A stretch of DNA of 37,068 nucleotides from Octopus bimaculoides (taxonomy: Eukaryota): contig NC_068985.1 of assembly GCF_001194135.2 (NCBI RefSeq), positions 60,565,134-60,602,201 of the forward strand. Reading direction: 5' to 3'. Under the pieces are notes generated by a model that saw only the letters and a list, made by a program, of their open reading frames with translations, made no database searches and was not told the DNA's origin. The position numbers were made by a program, and so were the translations under genes. Each line of letters opens with the position of its first letter. Position 1 is the stretch's first letter. Of this stretch, positions 24,431 to 34,315 are shown piece after piece.

Positions 24431-24689
24431 CTTGGGGAAATTTCGAACTTGAGCTCTCATTCCTAAGGTATTTTTTGATATTATTATTATTATTATGGGA
24501 TGAAGTTAAAATAATAAACAGAGAACACCACTGGAAAAATACAAAAACTAAAAAAAGCAGCACATGTACTAGGACACAACAACCTCCTAAGCAGACCGAG
24601 TGCAGATATGAGTATGGGAACCAGTATCAAGGAAAGATAGGAAAATATTAGATTTATAAGCCCTAAAATTCAATCCATAATTGCCCACA

Positions 24690-24813
24690 GACATATGGTG
24701 CAGTGGTTAAGAGCGCGGGTTACTAACCCCAAGATTCTCAGTTCGATTCCAGGCAGTGACCTGAAGAATAATAATAATAACATTGAAAAATACCTTAGGA
24801 ATGAGAACCCAGG
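24690..24813 (+). mobile_element. tRNA-derived SINE 5' half (family C), truncated at an AT microsatellite
   Basis: A box TGGTGCAGTGG (24696-24706), B-box-like GTTCGATTCC (24741-24750), GGG-TTACTAA-CCC anticodon-like loop, then (AAT)n and a block shared with 24455-24475. Confidence 0.8.
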
Positions 24814-24991
24814 TATATATGTACATAAATATATACATATATATGTATATATGTATGTAAATATATACATATATATATATATATGTATGTAAATATATAC
24901 ATATATATATAAATGTTAGAGGTAATACTTGATAATTGTAAGCACCTGTGTATGCAAGATCGTGGCCGGGGTGAAAAAATAAATTAAAAAC

Positions 24992-25049
24992 GTAAAAATA
25001 AAAACAGAACACAAGAGGATTCCGCAGTACACGTGTTTCAAGCTTTATA
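24992..25049 (-). repeat. inverted partial duplicate of the hammerhead-bearing unit at 25078-25200
   Basis: Reverse complement of 25144-25200 with one substitution and one 1-nt indel. Confidence 0.9.
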
Positions 25050-25077
25050 TCATATATAATACTTGGGAAAGAATATT

Positions 25078-25170
25078 TGTGGCTGAAGATAGCTTTATAC
25101 CATCCTGTCTATCAATTATATACCAATATAATGATGCAACCACTATAAAGCTTGAAACACGTGTACCGCG
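25078..25170 (+). ncRNA. type I hammerhead motif with long helix II loop
   Basis: TGTGG-CTGAAGA-T-AGCTTTATA-(44 nt)-TATAAAGCT-T-GAAA-CACGTGT-A-CCGCG. Helix I TGTGG/CCGCG (3 WC + 2 G.U), 9-bp helix II, palindromic helix III ACACGTGT. Confidence 0.72.
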
Positions 25171-25420
25171 GAATCCTTTGTGTTCTGTTTTTATTTTTAC
25201 ATATATATATATATATATATATATATGTAGAGCAATAAGAAAATGGAGGGGATCAATAGGTGGTATTCATCATTATTATTATGTCAATTTATTTATTTAC
25301 TAAAGGGACAATTATAACAATATACAAACATGTATGACATGTTATGCTTTACATATAAAATATATAAAATATCAGTAATTATTAAAATATATAACATATA
25401 GCAATAGAAATTGGGATAAT

Positions 25421-25544
25421 ATCTTACAGCTGTTTCAGCCAAGAGGCAAAAATACAGCGTTCTACCTTTATCCCTCCAGATGACTGAAGTAATTAGTAGA
25501 TGAAATTGAGGTACTTGGGTGTTTCTCTAGGCTTCATCAAAGAT
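25421..25544 (-). ncRNA. type I hammerhead motif (C3U variant) with long helix II loop
   Basis: Minus strand: ATCT-TTGATGA-AGCC-T-AGAG-(79 nt)-CTCT-T-GGCT-GAAA-CAGCTGT-A-AGAT. Helix I ATCT/AGAT, palindromic helix III ACAGCTGT. Confidence 0.7.
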
Positions 25545-25981
25545 TTTAGAAAGTGCATAAGGTTAAGTTATAAATATAAATACACACACATATACATACT
25601 TTTACATATACATGCATATATATACATAAATACATATACCTACACTTAAATGTACATACATAAATGCATGTATATGCATACAAATGATTATCATTAGCTT
25701 CATTAAATTATTCATATTAGATAAAATATAAACAGAGGTATGAGAAAGTTATAATAGGAATAATATTGTAATTTATAAAATCAATATATCTTAAAATTAT
25801 TTTAGTTTTATAAGTATGAAACTGTGTATACATGAGGAGCACACATACACATATACATATATAGTTCCATACAAACATACTCACAGTACAACGTATTAGA
25901 TGTGTTTAGGAGGGAGGATTAATGCAGTAGTTCGTATCATTATAATTATATAATATAATTATATGTATATACATATATATT

Positions 25982-26020
<39 letters not shown>

Positions 26021-26941
26021 ATATATATATATGTGTATGTATGTATATATATATATNNNNNNNNNNNNNNNNNNNNNNNNNNNNNNNNNNNNNNNNNNNN
26101 NNNNNNNNNNNNNNNNNNNNNNNNNNNNNNNNNNNNNNNNNNNNNNNNNNNNNNNNNNNNNNNNNNNNNNNNNNNNNNNNNNNNNNNNNNNNNNNNNNNN
26201 NNNNNNNNNNNNNNNNNNNNNNNNNNNNNNNNNNNNNNNNNNNNNNNNNNNNNNNNNNNNNNNNNNNNNNNNNNNNNNNNNNNNNNNNNNNNNNNNNNNN
26301 NNNNNNNNNNNNNNNNNNNNNNNNNNNNNNNNNNNNNNNNNNNNNNNNNNNNNNNNNNNNNNNNNNNNNNNNNNNNNNNNNNNNNNNNNNNNNNNNNNNN
26401 NNNNNNNNNNNNNNNNNNNNNNNNNNNNNNNNNNNNNNNNNNNNNNNNNNNNNNNNNNNNNNNNNNNNNNNNNNNNNNNNNNNNNNNNNNNNNNNNNNNN
26501 NNNNNNNNNNNNNNNNNNNNNNNNNNNNNNNNNNNNNNNNNNNNNNNNNNNNNNNNNNNNNNNNNNNNNNNNNNNNNNNNNNNNNNNNNNNNNNNNNNNN
26601 NNNNNNNNNNNNNNNNNNNNNNNNNNNNNNNNNNNNNNNNNNNNNNNNNNNNNNNNNNNNNNNNNNNNNNNNNNNNNNNNNNNNNNNNNNNNNNNNNNNN
26701 NNNNNNNNNNNNNNNNNNNNNNNNNNNNNNNNNNNNNNNNNNNNNNNNNNNNNNNNNNNNNNNNNNNNNNNNNNNNNNNNNNNNNNNNNNNNNNNNNNNN
26801 NNNNNNNNNNNNNNNNNNNNNNNNNNNNNNNNNNNNNNNNNNNNNNNNNNNNNNNNNNNNNNNNNNNNNNNNNNNNNNNNNNNNNNNNNNNNNNNNNNNN
26901 NNNNNNNNNNNNNNNNNNNNNNNNNNNNNNNNNNNNNNNNN

Positions 26942-26981
<40 letters not shown>

Positions 26982-27210
26982 AACAGTAAAGGTTTGTCAC
27001 ATCTGTTTGTTGAAATACTTTATTGTCTCTGTCTGCTATGATGCATTCATATCATATACTTTTCTTTGTCTATTTCCTTCTGATTTTGTTTTATTGCTTT
27101 CAAAGTTTCTATCTAATTTGTTAGAAGCATATCCACTACAACCATGCTTGTAGCTAGAACCTCTTACTACTACCTGAGATGAACTCATCTTGAATAACTA
27201 GTAAGCAACA

Positions 27211-27320
27211 ATGTTTGGGTACATGTCTTTCAGGTATTGGGGTAGATGTCTTTCAAGTATTGGGGTAGATGTCTTTCGAGTATTGGGGTAGATGTGTCCC
27301 AAGGAGTGGGGGAGATGTCC
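27211..27320. repeat. 23-bp minisatellite, about 4.5 copies
   Basis: gtattggggtagatgtctttc(aa/ga) units start at 27234, 27257 and 27280, with decayed flanking units. Confidence 0.9.
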
Positions 27321-27454
27321 AAACCTTCTGATGTTTCTAGTTCACAAAATGAAACAAAAAAAATACATAAAAACAAAATCTTGTCCTTCATTAAATGAAT
27401 TGTGATAAATTTCATTGAGCTGCTTTGAAAAATGTTCATACATTTCAACATACA

Positions 27455-27490
27455 ATAACAACAACAACAACAACAACAACAATAATAATG

Positions 27491-27538
<48 letters not shown>
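27455..27538. repeat. (CAA)n(TAA)n microsatellite
   Basis: Read directly. Confidence 0.95.
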
Positions 27539-27809
27539 GTAAGTGCTGATATCCATACTCCCATACTAATTAAGACAGCAGTTTAATTAATCATGACTTC
27601 TAACTAATTATGAACTCCAATTTAGACAGAAAGTGTTACTCAGTTTCACATTAAAGTTTCAAAGTTTCATAGATGCATATCTGACTACAAAAAGATATGT
27701 GGAGGTCTGTTATATATATATATATAAAATATGTAGAGATATGCTTAGAAAATACTAGCAGAGATACCTGGCCTTGCTCGGGATTAAAATGGCATAGATT
27801 TTTATTGTT

Positions 27810-28090
27810 TTACTTGTTTCAGTTATGTGACTGCAGCCATGCTGGAGCACCACCGTTGGTCGAAGAAATCAACCACAGGATTTATTCTTTGTGAGCATAG
27901 TACGCATTGTGTCAGTGTCTTTTACCAAACTGCTAAGTTATGGGAATGTAAACACAGCAACATCAGTTGTCAAGCAATGGTGGGGTACAAACACAAGACA
28001 CACACACACATACACATATATATGACATTCTTCTTTCAGTTTCCGAGTACGAAATCCGCTCACAAGGTTTTGGTCGGCCTGAGGCTATAA
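27810..28090 (-). mobile_element. SINE family B
   Basis: Homologous to 10995-11280 (gactgcagccatgctggagcacc...cttctttcagtttccg...gaggctata). Confidence 0.8.
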
Positions 28091-28095
28091 TAAGC

Positions 28096-28129
<34 letters not shown>

Positions 28130-28158
28130 TTTACTATATATCATGATGATGATGATGA

Positions 28159-28981
28159 TATATAGTAGCTGACATACCCGGTAATTCCCGGGAAAGCGGG
28201 CTTATTCCTTGGTTCTGTTCTCATAATTGTTTTGCTAATCCAGTTACAACAATACAAAGTATGTAGCCCTTAAGTGTAGCCCAAAGTATGTATCCCTTTT
28301 TGTGTATTTATTGAAAAAACCGAACTGTCTTACAAAGGATCTTGGTTTTAGGAATTCCCAATAAGTTATGAATACCCAAATTGTCAGTTATGTAATAACA
28401 TGAAATTAATTACCCTATAGTAAAAATTCAAAGGGCTTTAATACATTCCCAGAGTATATAGATTTTAGGAGAAAATACTAATAAGGTATGTATACTAAAA
28501 TTGTGAAACATGTTACATAATAACATGCAAATCAGATACGAGATAATAACAATTCAAAGTAATTAACTGTGAAAGAAAGCTTTTGTGCGTTCCCAGATAA
28601 TATTACCCTCAGCAGCGCTGGTGCTGGTATATTAATGAATAAGTCACTAACCGAAATAAGTGGATCTATTGTTTAGGAGAATAGTATTTACTTGTTTAAG
28701 CATTGTATTGGATAAATTGAGAAAATAACTAAAATAGTTCAAATACTAAGAAATAAGCATACTGAAAGCTTAAAAATTTTACTCCCACCGTTCACTCATG
28801 CCCAAATGTTATTCTTCCCGCCGTTTACCCAAACATTTTTTCGAAATGAATTTATACTTAAAACCAGACACATAACCAATGTGCGTGTGAAGTTTAAGAA
28901 AAATTGGTCAAGCCATTTTGGCACAAAACTAGGACATACCAATACACACACACAGATATTTTCAGTTTTAATATGTAAGAT
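28159..28981 (+). mobile_element. Helitron/Helentron-like non-autonomous element (second copy of the end types)
   Basis: 5' tAGTAGCTGACATACCCGGTAATTCCCGGG (CCCGG/CCGGG hairpin) and 3' gtgaagtttaagaaaaattgg...(AC)n...TTTTAATATGTAAGAT. Confidence 0.55.
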
Positions 28982-29049
28982 ATACACATAATTCCCTCAT
29001 CACACTCAGCGTGTTTGAGGATGATGAGGGAATTTGTTTCTTCTCCCTC

Positions 29050-29432
29050 TTTCACGGCACATAAAAAGCACCATTCAAGCGTGGTCGATGTCAGTGCTGG
29101 CTGACTGGTCCCATGCCGGTGGCACATAAAATGCACCATTTGAGCATGGTCATTGCCAATACTGCCTGACTTGCTCTTGTGCTGGTGGCATGTAAAAAGC
29201 ACCATTCAAAGGTGGTCAATGCCAGTACCACCTGACTGGCTCTCATTCCAGTGGCACATAAAAAGCACCCACTACACTCTTGGAGTGGTTGGCTTTAGGA
29301 AGGGCTGTAGAAACTTTGCCAGATCAGATCAGAACCTGGTGCAGCCTTCTGGCTTGCCAGCCCTCAGTCAATCCGTCCAGCCCATGCCAGCATGGAAAGT
29401 GGACGTTAAACGACATCGATGATGATGATGAT
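29050..29432 (+). mobile_element. RTE LINE 3'UTR fragment with (GAT)n tail
   Basis: Aligns with 14880-15168; ends gtggacgttaaacgacatc(GAT)n. Confidence 0.85.
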
Positions 29433-30481
29433 AAAACAAATCACATTAGTGAATTCTTGTAGTTTTGAGATAATGTGAGGACTTTTCTTCTAGAAAGCAA
29501 AAAACTGGGAAAAACGCAAAATTAACTGAGGTGGATATCAACAGAAAAATATTGACTTCCATAAAGTGGAAAAAATAAAAGGAAGGAAACAAGTTGGTAA
29601 ATATATCGAATTGAACACAGATAGCAAGGCATGCTAGAAATAGCAGCCAAATCTTTCCTTCTCTGGAAAAAGGAGCCATTTACTTGTGATTTTGATGTCA
29701 CATTTGTTGAAAGCATGCAAAATAACCTGTAAAAGAAAAAAAGATCTGTGAAACAAAGCTCCCTTGGTGGGAGACTTCAAAGTACCCACCACCCCTCCCA
29801 CCTTTCTTTTCTGTAAAAAAAAGTGGCTGTTGGTGGGTTTGGAGGTCAGATCCATTGAATGCATACAAAAAAAACTGTGGAAAAAAAATTGTTCCACACC
29901 GAGGTACGAAATATTTACCGAAAGAATAAAATCTACCAATTATACCTGTATTTTAATTAATTCAAATTAATGTACCTCATCTTGAAAAGTGGCAAAATTT
30001 TTGTCAGTTGCCACCTGGGATAATTTTAGTAACAAATCAAACAGGTAAGATGCATTAAGAATTTCAATTTTAGTGTTTATCTATAATGTTATTGCTTTTA
30101 CACCTGTTAATTAAATTTACTTGCCCATAAAAGTCATATCTATAACTACATTGTTCAATGTATCCTCTCTTTTGTGGTGAAAGGATGATTTGAAGATTTA
30201 GTTACTATTTCTAGCTAACTGTTTACACTGAGCTTACCTTTTTGATATTGTTTAGTCCTTATATTCCATTCATGGCTATCCAGTCTGTTTCCCAAACCCA
30301 GTGCTTTCTAGATGTTTATTGCATATCTCTGATCTGAAGTGTTTGACCAGTCCTAACATATGGTGGTTTCTCTGCTCTAATAAAGAAATTGTTAATATGT
30401 ATATGATTGTATACCACATGTGAAACGTTGGCAATTTTTTACTTCCATCTTCCTTTACTATTGGGCTTTCCTCTGTCTCCT

Positions 30482-30516
30482 GTTTCTGAAGAAGAGCTTT
30501 GCTTGAAACGTAAAAC
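30482..30516 (+). ncRNA. minimal type I hammerhead motif, canonical core
   Basis: GTTT-CTGAAGA-A-GAGC-TTT-GCTT-GAAA-CGT-A-AAAC. Helix I GTTT/AAAC, helix II GAGC/GCTT, palindromic helix III ACGT, GUA cleavage triplet. Confidence 0.8.
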
Positions 30517-31329
30517 CACCTTTCTTTCCTTCCCTGAGCATCTGCTAATACTTTACATGTATCATGTCCTCACATTGTTGTTGTTGTTTTTTGTTTGTTC
30601 TTCATTATTTTGGATTTATATATATATANNNNNNNNNNNNNNNNNNNNNNNNNNNNNNNNNNNNNNNNNNNNNNNNNNNNNNNNNNNNNNNNNNNNNNNN
30701 NNNNNNNNNNNNNNNNNNNNNNNNNNNNNNNNNNNNNNNNNNNNNNNNNNNNNNNNNNNNNNNNNNNNNNNNNNNNNNNNNNNNNNNNNNNNNNNNNNNN
30801 NNNNNNNNNNNNNNNNNNNNNNNNNNNNNNNNNNNNNNNNNNNNNNNNNNNNNNNNNNNNNNNNNNNNNNNNNNNNNNNNNNNNNNNNNNNNNNNNNNNN
30901 NNNNNNNNNNNNNNNNNNNNNNNNNNNNNNNNNNNNNNNNNNNNNNNNNNNNNNNNNNNNNNNNNNNNNNNNNNNNNNNNNNNNNNNNNNNNNNNNNNNN
31001 NNNNNNNNNNNNNNNNNNNNNNNNNNNNNNNNNNNNNNNNNNNNNNNNNNNNNNNNNNNNNNNNNNNNNNNNNNNNNNNNNNNNNNNNNNNNNNNNNNNN
31101 NNNNNNNNNNNNNNNNNNNNNNNNNNNNNNNNNNNNNNNNNNNNNNNNNNNNNNNNNNNNNNNNNNNNNNNNNNNNNNNNNNNNNNNNNNNNNNNNNNNN
31201 NNNNNNNNNNNNNNNNNNNNNNNNNNNNNNNNNNNNNNNNNNNNNNNNNNNNNNNNNNNNNNNNNNNNNNNNNNTATATATATATATATATTACAATAAG
31301 AATAGGATGGAGGAAGAGAACTACTACCT

Positions 31330-31790
31330 CTGTTGGCAGCAAAAGGACTCTCTCTCAGATTGAAATGTAGATTGTATGATGCTTCTGTGAGAACAGCTGT
31401 TACATGGTAGTGAGACATGGGCTCTGACTGTGGAGGGTATGTGTAGGCTGGAGAGGAATGAAGGTAGTATGCTTTGTTGGATTTGCAACATCAGAGTGCA
31501 TGACAGACAAAGTACAACAGTGTTGAGAGATAGTTGGGTATAAGAGGTATTAAATGTAGTATGCAGGAGAGGAGAATGCGTTGGTTTGGACATGTGATGC
31601 GTATGAGAAAAGACAGCTGTATACAGAAGTACCTGTTGCTGAAAGTGGATGGTACCTGTGGAAGAGGGAGATCCAGGAAGACATGGGATGAAGTGATGAG
31701 GACTGATCTTGGGATGTTGGGGCTCATAGAGGAAATGACAGTGGACCGAGATGTTTGGTGAAATGAGGTTCTAGAGAAGATCCATCCATG
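31330..31790 (+). mobile_element. older RTE-clade LINE RT C-terminal fragment
   Basis: RLYDASVRTA..HGSETWAL...MRWFGHVMRM...GRGRSRKTWDEV. Confidence 0.85.
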
Positions 31791-32250
31791 AAACTGAATG
31801 CTTGAAATGTTGTGTCCCACCCACATGTAACAACACACTTTTCACCCACTCTACCCTAAAAAATCAAACTACAACTCTTCTTCTAACTGCATCTTTCTCT
31901 TCCTCATATTTCCCCTTCATAAATTGTGATTGTTTTCCAATCTTCTTTCTTGCTCTCACTGCCCTGCTCACTGTATCACTGCTCCCCATATTCCCAATAC
32001 CCACACCTACATCCTATTTTTTTAACCAGGTTCTAAGCTCATATTCTTGTTATTTGTGAGTTTACCCTAGCACTACACCATCTCTCATCTACTCTCTCTT
32101 ACACTTTTGCTGTTTCATACTCGCTCTCTCTCACATTCTCTTTAGTCACTCTCTTTCCTCTTGTTTTTCCTCTGACTAGGTAACCAAGTATTTCCTTTAC
32201 ATCAGCAAATTGTTTCTGGCCTCTTTCTTGTACCTCTCTCTCACTCTTTA

Positions 32251-32316
<66 letters not shown>

Positions 32317-33155
32317 NNNNNNNNNNNNNNNNNNNNNNNNNNNNNNNNNNNNNNNNNNNNNNNNNNNNNNNNNNNNNNNNNNNNNNNNNNNNNNNNNNNN
32401 NNNNNNNNNNNNNNNNNNNNNNNNNNNNNNNNNNNNNNNNNNNNNNNNNNNNNNNNNNNNNNNNNNNNNNNNNNNNNNNNNNNNNNNNNNNNNNNNNNNN
32501 NNNNNNNNNNNNNNNNNNNNNNNNNNNNNNNNNNNNNNNNNNNNNNNNNNNNNNNNNNNNNNNNNNNNNNNNNNNNNNNNNNNNNNNNNNNNNNNNNNNN
32601 NNNNNNNNNNNNNNNNNNNNNNNNNNNNNNNNNNNNNNNNNNNNNNNNNNNNNNNNNNNNNNNNNNNNNNNNNNNNNNNNNNNNNNNNNNNNNNNNNNNN
32701 NNNNNNNNNNNNNNNNNNNNNNNNNNNNNNNNNNNNNNNNNNNNNNNNNNNNNNNNNNNNNNNNNNNNNNNNNNNNNNNNNNNNNNNNNNNNNNNNNNNN
32801 NNNNNNNNNNNNNNNNNNNNNNNNNNNNNNNNNNNNNNNNNNNNNNNNNNNNNNNNNNNNNNNNNNNNNNNNNNNNNNNNNNNNNNNNNNNNNNNNNNNN
32901 NNNNNNNNNNNNNNNNNNNNNNNNNNNNNNNNNNNNNNNNNNNNNNNNNNNNNNNNNNNNNNNNNNNNNNNNNNNNNNNNNNNNNNNNNNNNNNNNNNNN
33001 NNNNNNNNNNNNNNNNNNNNNNNNNNNNNNNNNNNNNNNNNNNNNNNNNNNNNNNNNNNNNNNNNNNNNNNNNNNNNNNNNNNNNNNNNNNNNNNNNNNN
33101 NNNNNNNNNNNNNNNNNNNNNNNNNNNNNNNNNNTATATATATATATATATTATA

Positions 33156-34030
33156 TCATCCTCATCATCATTTAACGTCTGCTTTCCATGCTAGCATGGG
33201 TTGGACGATTTGACTGAGGACTGGCGAACCAGATGGCTACACCAGGCTCCAATCTGATTTGGCAGGATTTCTATAGCTGGATGCCCTTCCTAACGCCAAC
33301 CACTCAGAGAGTGTAGTGGGTGCTTTTACGTGCCACGGCACGAAGGCCAGTCAGGCGGTACTAGCAACGGTCCCGCTCAAAATGGTGTATTTTACGTGCC
33401 ACCTGCACAGGAGCCAGTCCAGCGGCACTGACAATGACCTCGCTCGAATGTCTTTTCCTGTGCCACCACCACAAGTGCCAGTAAGACTACACTGGTAACG
33501 ATCATGCTCAAGTGGTGCTATTAACATGCCACTGGCACGGAAGCCAGACAGCTGCTCTGACAATGATCACGCTCGGACAGTACTCTTAGTGCTCCACTGG
33601 TACAGGTGCCATCACGATTTCAATTTCACTTGCCCCAATAAAGGAGAGGTTGGCATGGGTGCCAGTCGTCGGATTTGATTCGATTTCGATTTCACTTGCC
33701 TCAACAGGTTTTCACAAGCGGAGTTTAGTGTCCAATGAAGGAAAGGTATGCATAAGTGGGCTGGCTACACCCCTGGCAGAGGCCTCGGATTATGGTCTCA
33801 CTTGGCTTGCCGGGTCTTCTCACGCACAGCATATTTCCAAAGGTCTCGGTCGCACATCATTGCCTCGGTGAAGTCTAATGTTCGAAGGTCGTGCTTCACC
33901 ACCTCATCCCAGATCTTCCTGGGTCTGCCTCTTCCACAGGTTCCCTCAACCGCTAGGGTGTGGCACTTTTTCACACAGCTATCCTCATCCATTCTCGCCA
34001 CATGATCATACCAGCGCAATTTTCTCTCTT
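33156..34030 (-). mobile_element. 5'-truncated RTE LINE, same family as 14011-15168
   Basis: ORF 33798-34019 MRWYDHVARMDED...GRGRPRKIWDEVV, plus 3'UTR and (GAT)n tail. Confidence 0.9.
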
Positions 34031-34040
34031 ATACATATAT

Positions 34041-34274
34041 ATCATCATCATCATCATCATCATCATCGTTTAACATCCAGTTTCAATGCTAGCATGGGTT
34101 CGACGATTTGACTGAGGACTGGTGAAACCGGATGGCAACACCAGGCTCCAATCTGATTTGGCAGAGTTTCTACAGCTGGATGCCCTTCCTTACGCCAACC
34201 ACTCAGAGAGTGTAGTGGGTGCTTTTACGTGTCACCCGCACGAAGGCCAGTCAGGCGGTACTGGCAACGGCAAC
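34041..34274 (-). mobile_element. short RTE 3'-tail copy
   Basis: (CAT)n-cgtttaacatcc...ctggatgcccttcc...gtagtgggtgcttttacg. Confidence 0.85.
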
Positions 34275-34277
34275 AGA

Positions 34278-34315
<38 letters not shown>

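Noticed and set aside
24690-24762. Functional tRNA gene (ACT anticodon-like loop)
   Set aside because: No acceptor stem, only a 3-bp anticodon stem, and it runs into repeat sequence shared with another copy; this is a SINE head.
27211-27320. CRISPR-like array
   Set aside because: Units are contiguous with no unique spacers, the context is eukaryotic and there are no cas genes; this is a minisatellite.
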